Origin: Dipteris shenzhenensis
Taxonomy: Eukaryota
Direction: 5' to 3' (one strand)
DNA: 64,000 nucleotides
Assembly (NCBI GenBank): GCA_047967505.1
Contig: CM106538.1
Shown: positions 38,316-50,950 of the stretch, in pieces
Layout of the letters: each line of letters opens with the position of its first letter
Numbering within the stretch: position 1 is the stretch's first letter
The notes under the pieces: generated by a model
What the model was told of the DNA's origin: nothing
Database searches by the model: none
What the model saw: only the letters and a program-made list of their open reading frames with translations
Program-made: the position numbers and the translations under genes

Positions 38316-38437
38316 TTGATTTTCCCCAGCCCTTGGTGGTTGATGGGTGAGGCAGTCCTACCGAGAGGGGCCTTGTTGATTTTCCCCAACCCTTGATGGT
38401 CGATGGGGGAGGCGGGTCTCCTACCGAGAGGGGCCTT
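38316..38437 (+). repeat. ~60-bp tandem duplication
   Basis: GTTGATTTTCCCCA.CCCTTG.TGGT.GATGGG.GAGGC...CCTACCGAGAGGGGCCTT occurs twice. Confidence 0.8.
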
Positions 38438-38972
38438 ATTGTCCAAGCTATGTATCCAAAGTCTCCCATGAGCAGATCTTATTTCAACATGTGGAGCATT
38501 ATAGGCATGAACATCATTGGATTGCCAATTGTGTGGCCATGTTTGTGGAATGCTATTGCACCTCTACAAAGAAATAATCTTCTTCTAATTGGATTTGTAG
38601 ACTAGGGGTCATGTAGTCGAGGGAGAAGATTACCATAATTTTACATTATGGTGGTTTGCAATCTCCACCCAAGTGAGGAGCTGGAGAGATCAGGCTAGCT
38701 TCACGTAGGCTGGGCCCTTGATCTCTTCAAAGGGGATTCCATGCTTGTATTTCATGCTATTAAAGTCAATCACATTATTTTTGTTTCCAAGTTGTAGTAT
38801 TCTTTGAAAGATTTTGTAAGCACTAGAAGACCAAAGTCTTGTCGTACCACATCAATGTTGGGATAAAAATATAGCATTTTGCCATCGTCATTAGCCAAGT
38901 ACGAGATATCTATAGTATTGTTGTATTGCTCAATAAATTGAGCCAATATATTTAGATCCAGGTGGTAGCAGA

Positions 38973-39002
38973 TCTAGAGTTGGCTGAGCCTATAGCCTAG
39001 CT

Positions 39003-39037
<35 letters not shown>

Positions 39038-39038
39038 C

Positions 39039-39085
<47 letters not shown>

Positions 39086-41917
39086 AGACACATCGTACTT
39101 TTTGTGGGTGCAGCCACACCCTAATCTTCCATTATGCTCAGTTATATATGAAGGATACATATGAGTACAACAACGTAGACCAGACACATGGACTTTACCC
39201 CAACAACCTCCCACTTAAAGGCCAATGTGCTTTTAAGGGAGAGGAGAAAAATTAATGAACAAGATACTCAATGCCCATCAATAGGCTGTAATGTGCAAAC
39301 TGCTTGGAGGATAAGCTCTTCATAAGAAGATCTGCAAGGTTGTCATCCATGTGAATGTTGACAAGCGAAATGTAGATGCAAATAGTATATCACCATCATC
39401 ACTTGCATGTGTCGCTACATTCACTTCCTCAGACTTTGCTTTGCCTTTGTCTCCCTTCTTTGAATCATCGTCCTTCTCTTTTTGTTTGCCTTTCTCCTTC
39501 TTCCACTTGAAGCAGTCCTTCTTCATGTGACCCATCTTGCCACAGTAGAAGCATTCAATGTCTTTTTTGGACTTGGACTTGCTTCTAAATTTCCCCTCAT
39601 GACAAGATTTCTCCCTTGCATTAGACCTGCCTCTAACTGCAAGTTCACTGAAGCTCTTAGAACCTGCATTGTTCTTCTTACTCACGTCCTCCATGAGCAA
39701 ACTACTCTCTACATCGGCATTAGTCAATCCATAAGTAGGTGCATAGTTGCTAATAGCTATCCTGAAAGTATCCAAACTCTCAGGCACAATGACTAGCAAA
39801 AAAAAGCAAAAAAATAGCCTTTATGGAGTCCACAAAGGCTATATTATGAGCTGACAAATGACTGAAGATGGTATTAAAATCATTCAAGTGATTGGACATA
39901 GATAATCCCTCTTCCATAAAAAGATCAATGAGTTTGTTCAGCCAATACACCTGACTTGCCGCATTCTGCTTGTCATACAAGTCACATAGCCTTTTTCACA
40001 CACCGTAGGCACCACCATACGTTCCCTCACATTGAAATACACAGATTTCAAAAGTGTAAGCATAACAGTAGACCTGGAGAGCTCATGAAGCTCCTATCAA
40101 TCATTGGCATCCATGGCTTCTAGCTTAATGCCCTTCAGTTTGATAGGTCTAACTTGCTTCTTCTGCACCAAGACATTGTAAATCTACTCCTTCCAATAAG
40201 AAAAGTTAGTGCCATCCAACTTCTCAATGTTGAACAATGCATTCTACAAAGATGATGCCATAATGAGGCCATAATGATGGCTGAAAATATACGCCAATAG
40301 AATAATGCAAAGATACCAACAAACACCAATAACTCAGCCCCAAAACTGCCAACAACAATGGCTAGTCAATGGCAATCCCACAAGTCACCGAGCACCATTA
40401 GTACACCCAACACAACTGTTCAATATGTCCCAGAAGCATGTAATGACATTCAACAATGCATAAAGGCATGTACTAACTATCAAAAAACCAAGAAAGGGCC
40501 TCTAACATAGAGAATTCCTAATTTTGGTGAGTCTCAAAGCTGGCCTACTGTCACTCGAGGTGCCGAACCAATACCCCTGGACCCAAGCGAACCCAATTGA
40601 TCCTATCTACTATCCCTCAAGGATGTAAACAATCAAGAGTGTCCAATAGGGACAAAAATTCACTAGAAAAGTGAGCTAGCAATGCTCAACTGCACCCAAG
40701 TCCATATGCATAGTGCAGAAGCACATAAAGCTACAAAACGAAAAAAATGTGAATCCCACAAAATGTCCAAGCATCGCACTCCAAATCAGTGTAAAAAAAA
40801 AAAAAATGCATTTTGGCATCAACCACAATCCACCAAGGATCCAGGCTCACCAATGAATCAAGCCAAGAGCTCACTAGCTCCTCAAACACGTGAACCAACT
40901 CTTCTTTTGTAGAAATTGCCAAAATAGGGAACAAACTTGTACTCCTCCAAATCTCCATAAACTCACAATATTGGTTGTTATGGACGTGTTGGGAGGCTTG
41001 AGAGGGAACCTAGAGTGTCTTTGGAAGTTGGAATGACCAAGAGAATGGGGTGAAATAATTGAATCTCAGTCAAAAGAACATGCCCAATGGCACCCCTCAC
41101 TATTGTAGATCTCTTTCTCATGGCTCACAAAGTCCTTGATGCCCAATGGTGCCCCTCACTATTGTAGATTTCTTCCTCACAGCTCACAAAATCCTTGATT
41201 TGGCCTTCCAAAAAATCAAACCAAGCCAGTTTGCCTGAGTGGTTAAGGGGGAAGACTTAAGATCACCTGCGCACAAGCATGAATGGCATCCCTACTATAG
41301 GTATTTTCCTTCAACAACTTGCAAAATTTTCATTTGGGCCTCCATTATATCCAATGCTAAGCTTCTCATTGCTTCCACAATGATTTGTTGAGTGCTTTCT
41401 AAGCTCCAAAAATCCCAACAATGGCGCATGGCTCTGCAACCAAAGAATTCTTCTTCACTTACTTCACAAGCCAAAATAGGACATATAGCTAGATTTGGCT
41501 CTCCCTCATAAGTTAAGTGCTTATTCCCACACAAGGCAAGATCCAAGGCTCCTTCTCCTGCTCCAAGCTCTCCGATGCTCAAATTTCTCCCTCCATACTC
41601 AAATCTACAGCAATGCCATCCCATGCACCTCTCTCAACATAGCTCGATCCAGAGCTCCTCTCCCACGTACACCCCACAGAGGCTCGGGCCATGTAGCTTT
41701 GATACTAGTTCTAGAGTTGGCTTAGCTTGTAGCCTAACTAGAGAGAGAGAGAGAGAGAGAGACACAAAGAGAGAGAGAGAGAGAGAGAGAGATCTAAGCC
41801 ACACTATAGTTTTTATGGGTGCAACCAAACCCTAATCTTCCATTATACTCACTTATATATGAATGGTACATATGAGTACAAAAGGGGTAGACCGGGCACA
41901 TGGCCTTTACCACAACA
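38973..41917 (-). mobile_element. Old internally deleted Copia element: gag plus only the RNase H tail
   Basis: Diverged LTRs with (GA)n at about 38973-39205 and 41710-41917. Degenerate PBS at 41696-41707, PPT at 39206-39216. gag IEKLDGTNFSYWK...CFYCGKMGHMKKDC is followed directly by the RH tail NIHMDDNLADLLMKSL. No TSD match found. Confidence 0.75.
41225..41280 (+). pseudogene. tRNA-Leu(UAA)-derived 5' fragment
   Basis: GCCAGTTTGCCTGAGTGGTTAAGGGGGAAGACTTAAGATC resembles the D-arm and anticodon arm of plant nuclear tRNA-Leu(TAA), with the anticodon at 41258-41260. No T-arm GTTCGAA follows. Confidence 0.7.
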
Positions 41918-42249
41918 TGTTGTGCTGAGTGATGGACTATAGCCTTGCATCTGTACAAACAACTCTGGTAGATCAATTGTCAACCCATCAAGAGTGTAAT
42001 AATTTTCAAGGATAGCCTTATAGATTGTCATAGTTGGTTTTTGGAAAAAGTTTGGCATTTCTAGCCTTAGACTCCTCTTGGGCTTGTTTCTTTAAGAACT
42101 TTTATACCTTGTCTCAATGGATAACTTGGAGGGTTTGTTGGGTGAGGGGTCCATAATAGCATTAAAACTTACTATTGTTTATATATCCACCCATCTCACC
42201 CCCATCTAATGTCATGATTCAACACATCCCTTGTGGAGTGATTTCCACG

Positions 42250-42770
42250 AGTTGATAAGGACCCATACCATGATATTTCAAATTTTTGGTTAGTATTTCT
42301 TACACTATATAAATGCAAGATCTCCTTCACTAACATCCTTATTCCTTAGGTTGCAATCAAACCAACACTTTTCCACCTTTATTCCATATGTTGCCCTTAG
42401 TCTAGTATCATCGAGCTTTTCCAGCTCCACAAACGTTTTTGGTAAGGCTTCTATCCCTGACTATAACTCATAGGCTAGGCACCATAATTCCATAAGCATT
42501 ATTGCTTCTAGTCCAAAATCAAGTTCAAATGGCGTTCAATGTGTTGCAACGTTGTATCCCATACAATATGCCCAAAATGCAGTGGTGAGCTTGTGTTCCC
42601 AATCGCTTTAATTGGCCTCTACCATGTGCATCATTGTATCACACAAGGTTTTAATCGAGCTCTCAAATTGGCCATTTGCTCTAGGATAATATGGTTTGGA
42701 TTTTCTATGAATAATCAAGAATTCCCTCATAACAATGTAACATCTAATTTGAGAATTATAACCTCAAAAT
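42250..42770 (-). mobile_element. Decayed Gypsy (Tat/Athila-like) integrase remnant
   Basis: HRKSKPYYPRANGQFE...DWEHKLTTAFWAY...TPFELDFGLEA with stops. Confidence 0.75.
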
Positions 42771-43382
42771 GAGAACTCTAGGGGAATATTTGAAAGATTT
42801 TGTTCTTTTACTTAGAATTCCAAAAAGACATAAAATACAATAATGTCTCAAAACCATTACAATATGAACCTATGCATCCAATGCAAATAAAAGGGCCATG
42901 ACATAACATATTTCAAAAGTCTAACATGCTAGAAATTACATTACTTCAAAAATATACATGCCATTGGTCCTACAAAGAATAGTACTCATCCTCGGATCCT
43001 ATACCTTCAAATTCACTAGTGCTAAAGCTTTGTGAGGTAGAAGTTGTAAGAGACTTCCTCCTCCAATCTATCCACTAGTAGAACATTCTATGAGTAAACC
43101 TAGTTAAGTTGTGATGCCACCCTCTTTCTTGCATTGCCTGTCTTGGCTTCAAGTTGTGCACTACATCCAATCAATATCTTTCTAATCTTTCAGGATAATG
43201 TTATGTATTGTGTCCCCTTTGGCAATTGCCCCACTTGTCACAATTGAAATGCATATACCAAAATATCTAACCCAATTGCTCATTCAATGATATCATCTAC
43301 CTACCTCTACCTTGCTTGCTTTATACAACCAAGCTATATTCTTGGTCAATGATATCATTGACCAAGTCAACCAAAACCTTTG

Positions 43383-43833
43383 AAAGCTCTAAATTATTTG
43401 AGAATAATATAAAACTTTATGTAGATGTACATTTTGGCACTTTTGACATTAAAAATGAGCTCAAAAGACTTCAAAACCCTAAAAACGACTGCAAACATGG
43501 GTACCTCCCGACTTATTTTTTGAAAAAACCCAGATAGGAAAGCATGTGCCCACATGCTAGGTTGATGTGGCGCACGTTTAGTCGATATCATCAACTAAAA
43601 AATTTCTTGGTCAATGATTTCATCAACCAAATGCACACGAGGTCAATCATATCATTGATCGAGAGTCGGGCGCTGCTTTCCCACGTGGGATTTTTCAAAA
43701 TATTGTTGGAAGGTACCCATGTTTGCATATGGGTTTTAGGGTTTTAGGGCCTTTTGAGCTTTTTTCTAATGTAAAAAGTGCCAAACTATGAATCTATGAA
43801 CAATTTCATTTTTTAAAAATAATTTAGAGGTTT
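43383..43833. repeat. Long imperfect inverted repeat (foldback or MITE-like)
   Basis: Left arm CTCTAAATTATTT...TTGGCACTTTT.ACATT...AAAACCCTAAAA...TGCAAACATGGGTACCT. Right arm AGGTACCCATGTTTGCA...TTTTAGGGTTTT...AATGT.AAAAGTGCCAA...AAATAATTTAGAG. Confidence 0.8.
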
Positions 43834-44633
43834 TGGCTCACTGGAATAAAAGTTTTTCCATTCTTTCTTTATGTGATTTAAAAAGAGAGTGAAAAGTCTC
43901 ATTTGGACAATAATGAGTAGAACATGGTATTAGGCGCAACAAGCTAAGATAATAAAAGTTGTTTTTTGAGAGAAATACAAAGGTCATAGGGAGGAAAAAA
44001 CTTTACGACTTTGAGTATAGAGAAAATTGAAAGATATTTTACGATATAATGGAGGTCCTTTTTAATTTGTAGGCATGATGTTTTAGCTACAAAAATCTTT
44101 TGCTTGCAGATTATGTTTGAATAGTTGCATTCCATTGTCCTTTAGGCAACACTGCCACAATGGGCTTTTGGACAAAATAGACAAATTTTACATTGGTGAT
44201 TGGGCCGTGCATAAGGGGAGATTCAGTAGCATTTTGCCCGACACAGTGATATCAAACTCAGAGCAAGGTGAAAGAAAAAAATGTAATTTTCCCATTAGCG
44301 ATGAAAGAGAGGTATGCTGCTGCACAAGGAAGCTGGTGAACATCCTTAAGCAAACATGGATCCGTGTAAACGTCAAATTCAAGCATCTTTAAGACAGGCC
44401 AGCCATCACAAGACCACCACCAAGAACAAAACATGTAGTATACACATTGGCGAGCTATCACTCTAAACTGCAAATGTTTCCTGTGGGCTACAATGTGCAA
44501 CTCAATCCACCTGTGCCTATAACATGCCTCTTTTAGCGTGTAGCTTGACCACGAATGACTCTCATCATGCATTCTCAGTACTGTAGTTCTATCAGAGGGA
44601 TACTCGATCCCATTCAATACAAGGGGAAATACA

Positions 44634-44767
44634 ACCATACCAACAACGAGGAACAGTGCACAACTCCAACCGAGTGTCTACCACTGTCTGCTTGGGCACC
44701 ATACCAACAACGAGGAACAGTGCACAACTCCAACCGAGTGAGTGTCTACCACTGTCTGCTTGGGCAC
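44634..44767 (+). repeat. 64-68 bp tandem duplication
   Basis: ACCATACCAACAACGAGGAACAGTGCACAACTCCAACCGAGTG...CTGCTTGGGC occurs twice. Confidence 0.9.
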
Positions 44768-45843
44768 AACGGAATGAAGGCAAAAAACAAGTTCGTGCTT
44801 CATCGCTTAACATTTCCTTTAGTAATCTTTGTACATCCCACAAGGACGGACATCAGATGGCCTCATGCTGCCTTAAATACACAAATCTAGGAATGGGGCA
44901 AGTGGGTTACTCAGGATATTCAGTGTCTGGTATGACCTACTTAAGGGGCAATAGCACGTGGCTAAACTTAGGACATTCAATGTCTACGTGGCTAAAAGCT
45001 GCCAATCATGGGGTATCAAGATTGCACAAACTAGTAAACCAGTTTCAAAAATGTATATAAGTGAGGCCTGCAGAATTGGAGCTTCAATGACTTAAGAGTC
45101 GGAAGTTTTTCCATTACTCCAGAATGGTATAAAGCAAAAAAAACTGGGAAAGACAAATACTTAGGTTATATAAAGCTAGCAGCATTTTGCAGGGGCCCCT
45201 GTGATGGCCTTGCAAGCACACTACAGCATCCGTCCATTTCATGCCATCAAGGATATATTGACATCCTCTTGTCAAACTGCACTGCAGTATCCTATTTTCG
45301 CAAAATTTGTGAAGGCTGCAGGAAGCATAAAGCTTGTGAACTCTTAGGCAATTAAATTAGGACCACTTAACATCCAAAATGTAGAATATAGGTAGCCTCT
45401 TTCTGCATCTCAGATGTAAATCTAGTTGTTACAGGGTCTCTCACAGTAATCTTCAATATGCCAAGCTAACTTTGAACCACCTAAAATTGACAGAAAAATC
45501 CAAAAGCAAACAACAATATTTGCATCCTTGAAAAACCCCTCTACAAGGAGAACAATGAGTACAAGTATCACAGCTCATAGCCAAGGGTTTTTCAAATGTA
45601 TACTGGACCCATCCTGCAAGACAATTTACTCAGCCACCAAAGGCTTTGCCTTGAAACAGTAACCTTGAAAACAAGAAACCATATCTGTGTTGCTTGCTCA
45701 ATAATGCTTGTGATGACAGGCCAATCAACCAGTGAGATATGACTCCATATTGGTAATTGAGGAACCCTTTTCAGCATTAGTTCTGGTACCAGTGTCAGCT
45801 ATGTTTCGGCGGTTCGGCAGTATGAATATCATTGAACCCTCAT

Positions 45844-46995
45844 CTAGATTTTAGTTTCTGTAATGTCCTCAAGCTTTTGCTTTTGCTCCAAGTAGCTAGC
45901 AATTATTGGATTACGCCGGAAAGCAATCTCAAATGGGTTTGTTGCACGGATTTCCAGCTCTTTGTTAAGAACCTCATTATTTATCTCTTTTTTCTTTGTT
46001 GTAAGTATTATGCGATCTTTCACCGTGCGTAAAACTCGAACAGTTACCTCCTGCCCCAACCTAAAGGATTCCTCTGGCACCACAGCGACACCACTTGAAT
46101 CCACTTCAGATGCAGGAAGGAAACCTTCAAAATCTTGGGTTAAAGTTACAAAAGCTCCTGACTTGACTATATTCTTCACAACACCAGTCAGCATGGCACC
46201 CTTTTGGGGTTTTTTTGCTGGAGAATTGAGCCTTTCTTTGCTCCTTCTTTGCGGAAATCTCAGTTCCCTGCCTCCTAATTTCCTACCACCACCAACCATT
46301 TCTTGGCATTGATTGGTTTCTTCCTCTTCCTGTTTCAGTTCTTCATTCTTCAACCTTAGAGAGATTCGATTTTTCTCCAAATTCACAGCTAAGATCTCAA
46401 CTCTGACTTCCTGCCCCACTTGGACCATATCCTCCACAGCTTCCACATAAGATGTGCTCAGGTTGGAAATGTGTACAAGCCCACTTGTAAAAGCTCCAAT
46501 GTCTACAAAAGCTCCAAATTTCTGGATATTTGTCACCTTTCCAGTGAAAATTGAGCCCAGTTTTAGGGCATCAGAACTTACATTTATTGTCTTCTTATGC
46601 CTTGGAACGCTTATATTGCTCTGCTGAGCTGTGCGTCGTTCTTCTTGCATATTTGCAACTGACGTTTCATTGCACTTCTCTTTAAAAACCTGAATTTGTT
46701 GAGGAAACTCATTTTCCAGCCTTGTCTCTGTTATTGGCTCGTCAACAGAGATATCTGCGTCAGAGGTGGCAATAAAAACTCGCCTGAAAAACTGAGCACT
46801 CTGTCTTCTAAGTGTGACTGCAGTTGATAAGAATAAATGATCTGGTTGCCAGAATACATCTCTTGTCACCAACAAATCAGAACGGTGCTTTAGGCTTTCC
46901 ATGTTAACAAATGATAACTTCAGGCAACTACTTCTCAAAGTGGGTGACAACAATTGTGCTGTACCAAAATGACAAAGCATGGTTGCTGGCTCCAT
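45844..46995 (-). CDS. Plastid-type protein with two S1 RNA-binding domains, similar to the PSRP-7 (N-terminal) moiety of the plastid PETs/EF-Ts polyprotein
   Basis: Single open exon from ATG 46995 with a transit-peptide-like N-terminus. S1 no. 1: FTGKVTNIQKFGAFVDIGAFTSGLVHISNL...GQEVRV. S1 no. 2: LTGVVKNIVKSGAFV...EGFLPASE...GQEVTVRVL. Then ATNPFEIAFRRNPIIASYL. Confidence 0.85.
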   Translation of the reverse strand: MEPATMLCHFGTAQLLSPTLRSSCLKLSFVNMESLKHRSDLLVTRDVFWQPDHLFLSTAVTLRRQSAQFFRRVFIATSDADISVDEPITETRLENEFPQQIQVFKEKCNETSVANMQEERRTAQQSNISVPRHKKTINVSSDALKLGSIFTGKVTNIQKFGAFVDIGAFTSGLVHISNLSTSYVEAVEDMVQVGQEVRVEILAVNLEKNRISLRLKNEELKQEEEETNQCQEMVGGGRKLGGRELRFPQRRSKERLNSPAKKPQKGAMLTGVVKNIVKSGAFVTLTQDFEGFLPASEVDSSGVAVVPEESFRLGQEVTVRVLRTVKDRIILTTKKKEINNEVLNKELEIRATNPFEIAFRRNPIIASYLEQKQKLEDITETKI

Positions 46996-47407
46996 CTTGA
47001 AAACAAAACGCGATTCCAAACGCTCAGCTGAGATATCTTAACATAGCCTACTCCAGCCCTGTAAGCAACTGCAGCATAAAGGAGACTATTGAAATTCACA
47101 ACCTTAATGAAGCCCATATTTTATGGTTGTCCCCCTCTTTTACCATATTCAAGCAGCACATATTGTAGGGGGTGTCTCTATCATTATCATATTAAGGAAT
47201 CACATGTTGCAGAGGTCTCTCATATGGCACTTAAAACACACTTTGTACTAAAGATTCAACGCTCTTCTAGATGAAGTGCATTTTGTAGATTTTCATGCAA
47301 AGTTTCCCTCTCTTTTTCGGTGCTGAGGATGAAGGGGAATGAGAAGGAGAGTGTGTATGTGTCGTTTGGAGGAGGAAGAAGGGGGAAAGAGAGGAGGTGG
47401 GGGGAGT

Positions 47408-47655
47408 AACAAGTGGGGAAAATCTGCCCTGGTACCACAATCTCAGCTGTGGCCAAAGGAACTGTCCAGTCACACAGCGCTGCACCATTTAAAATCAAAG
47501 CAACCACAATCTCTGTATGTGTGGTTTGTGGGATTGGGGGGGTGGGGGGTGGTTGTAACAAATGGAGAAAATTTCCCCTGGTACCACAATCTCAGCTGTG
47601 GCCAAATCAACTGTCCACGGTTCCACAGCTATCCACCATTTAAATCAAAGCAACC
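47408..47655 (+). repeat. ~100-bp direct duplication, probably in the 5'UTR intron of the S1 gene
   Basis: CCCTGGTACCACAATCTCAGCTGTGGCCAAA...AACTGTCC...CACCATTTAAA.TCAAAGCAACC occurs twice. Confidence 0.8.
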
Positions 47656-48451
47656 TAAGGAGACAGTAAGTGAAAAGACCTAGCAACAGAACAACCAGGC
47701 CAAGACAGAATAGCATCAATAGTTCGGCCTATGGCTACCCTGGTCAAGATTTGGCATGACATCATATACCCCTTGCGAGCAACATGGAAGCAGAGTACAA
47801 AAGGTTTCTGATGGGAAAAGTGCTGAAAGGCAAGAGAGTTTCTGAAAGGTCTCACCTAAAGGCTTCTTTTATGTTTTCACTGATTGAGGAAATATTGGTT
47901 GTATAGGCTTCCACACTGTTTGTTGGCACTTGTCTCTGTGTTACCCTGTTGGAGTGATCTAGGACCCCGAGAAGCAAGGTGCAAGACAGCCAGCTTTTCT
48001 TGGTTAGAGCCTTATGGATCGCTGAACCTTTGTATTGTTTGCAAAGTTTTAATAGAATGTACTTCTGTCTGGGAGCGAGAAAAAATAGTCTGTCCCGGGG
48101 CGAGAAAAAAGAGGGGAAAGAACTATGCTCTTTTCTCAGTACATGTGCTTGTGTGACGTTGTCACACACGCACACATGCTTGAGCATCCATTTGACAATA
48201 AAAAATGAGATGCCGACTCAAACACAAAAGAGATGCAGAAGCAACAAAGAGGGGGAGGAGGGGGGGGAAGCACCTAATAAGTTTGCAGGAGGGAGACAAG
48301 AAAAAGCAGCAGGAAGAGCCACGAATTAGGTGCAGCTAGATGAGAGAAAGGGAGTTAGGAGGGAGGACTGAGAGCTAACTAGGAAGGAGGTGTTAAAAGA
48401 TAGGGGTTTCTCGGAGTTTGTTAGAAGCTGGAAGCGGGGAAGGGGGGGGGG

Positions 48452-48454
<3 letters not shown>

Positions 48455-48495
<41 letters not shown>
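48455..48495 (+). repeat. (GA)n microsatellite
   Basis: Directly visible; further tracts occur near 17090, 17220, 17730, 48755 and 54050. Confidence 0.9.
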
Positions 48496-48498
<3 letters not shown>

Positions 48499-48747
48499 AG
48501 GAAGGGAGGAGTTAGCAAGGGCAGAGCTTCGAGGAGGCAGAAGAGAGTAGCAGCTGCGTGGGAGAAGCAGGGAGCAGTCAGGACAGGCTAGAAGCTGCAC
48601 GGGACAGCCAGGGAGCAGCTGGGGCAGGCTACAAGCTGCACGGGAGCAGCAGAGAGCTCTCTACATGCAAAACCTTTTGAACTCTCTATCTCTCATCGCC
48701 CCTCTCTTCCCCTCTCTAGCTGTGTAAATCTCAAGGAGATCCTTTTG

Positions 48748-48790
<43 letters not shown>

Positions 48791-49499
48791 CTAGTTGCCA
48801 TCTCCTTACTAGCCTTACTAGCTCTCCTGTCCATACCTTCTACAGGCTTCTCTCTCCCCTTCTTGGGCCTCGTGGATTTAGAACCAATGAGATGAGAGAC
48901 ACGATAAGAGCAGTATAGAATAGGTGGAAATTCACTTATCCCTTTGTTTTAGAGATATGTACAAACCTCCCCATATGGCCAAGGATATACAGGGAAAGAT
49001 AAGGAACAAGAAAAAGGCAATACAAGGACAAGAACTGCACGCAAGGCAACACATAGGATGAGAACCCCAACAGAGACCCCTCCTTACGTGTTACCCCATT
49101 GATGTAAGAGGCTACCTCTCCTCTACTTGCAGAAGAGTGAGATCCTCATCCATACGAACCTACCGAAGAGTTGCATATTTGCATAGTGCCACTAGTCGAA
49201 CCTAGGTATCTCTGAAGCGCATCACCAGGGGCTAGTGGTCCGGGAGGGGCGACTCTTGACTAGTCCCAGACGAATAATCATTGACACACCTACCTAGGGA
49301 GGCGGGGTCTATGAGACTCAGACCGAGACCCTGTCTGCAGCATTTGAAACTGTAATAACTCAGTGAGATATTCTCATTGCAATTTGCTATTTCCTTCCAG
49401 AAATCTCACGTTTTGCCAGGGGGCCTCAAGAGGGTGACACATAGATATCATGGACTTCTCGAGCTGCAAGAAAGTTCTCCTTCTTCGAGACTTCAAAGC

Positions 49500-50950
49500 C
49501 AAGAATTCAGACTAACACATCTCAATCATTGACTTTCAAAATGACTCTATCATATTTGACATTGATTTGGATGAGGCAGGCATATCTTGAGTCTCTACAA
49601 ACAGGCGAGTCCCAAACCTCATATGGATACTCTCTCATGAATATGAGCAAGGTACATGACCTGATAACCTACACTGGTCTGAAAAGATGGCCTTCTTATG
49701 GTGGGCTCACTCGTTTTCCGCATGGAGAAGGCTCCATGTAGTTGACCACCTCATGGGATCCCCTGCCACCTACCTCTTCTTTAGCTTGTCCACATGTCAC
49801 ACATACATCACCTATCAGGAGATCCCCTTTGATCATGACTCCGGCTATGCTACCTGCCTCTCTACTCTGCTTGCTGATATAGATGATACCTTCCTAATGG
49901 AAGATAGAGCCACCCTGATCACCCGCTCCTTCATGATGCCACTCTTCAATCTTTTCCCCATAACACGCACCTACCACCATTGGATTGGTCCCCTGCAATA
50001 GCTGCAACTCAAATTAGAGACCAAGCATCACCTTCCAACTGAGGTGAAATTCGAATGAGAATATCAGCGTCTGGTCCGTCAGAAGAAGAGGGACTTCATC
50101 CACCAAAAAGAGGAGAACATTCTGTTTAGCAATAGGAGTTTTGACAGACGTCTCTCAAGCAAAGGTCGCACTCATATGCACACATCCTCTATACCATCTC
50201 TCGCCAGCCCACACTAGACCTTTTATAGCTATCCCACCCTACCTCTTGTTCATATTTTACCACTAGATCGACTATGCAGAGGGTTTTCTGCACTTACCAA
50301 ACTCGAGTGTCAATGCTTCAAATCCCATTTGAAAGTCCCAAGACCAAGCCTCTCCTCTTTGACTCTCTTGTTCGCCCGGCCAAAAAGTATGGCAGTCCCT
50401 TTTTGGCCCCAGACCCAAGTCGAGAGACTACAGGTTCTACTTCTTGCATGGATGATCCATAGCAAGCCATCAGTCCCACACCATATCCTGCTAAGCTTGG
50501 AGCTACTCCTCTACAGCTTTATGTATCCTTCCAGGGGGTCACATACCTCAATGGGATCGAGGACTTTGGCACCACTACATCCGAACAACACAAGCTACCT
50601 TGGCTGGCCCTGACCTCGTCTATGGTACTAGCAGCAGAAAGAGTTTAGAGGGAGTTGGTACCTCACGTAGATGCCTGGGATTCTATATCGGCAAACTACC
50701 ATCATTCAATATAGCCTTCATTCCGCTCACATCACAAGGTAAACCATGTTATCAAAGAGGATCTCTAGAGCTCCACACGTACAGGACTTGGCTAGCACCT
50801 GTTACCATCAAGTAACCTACTGCAAACACAACCTCAATGAACACCTCCATAATGCCTTTGTTTCTCCAAAACACCATGGGTTTCTGAGACAATTTCACCT
50901 CTCAACCTATGCAACGTTATCACAGCCAATGTTTAATAAATAACTCTCTT
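49500..50950 (+). mobile_element. Highly decayed LINE remnant
   Basis: TKPLLFDSLVRPAKKYGSP (about 50345-50400) resembles the post-RT LFxSLVRPxxxYG motif. LTRFPHGEGS/VVDHLM near 49710-49755 resembles the C-terminus of an APE endonuclease. Confidence 0.5.

Noticed and set aside
37600-38700. Possible LINE ORF1 remnant
   Set aside because: No motif I can support.
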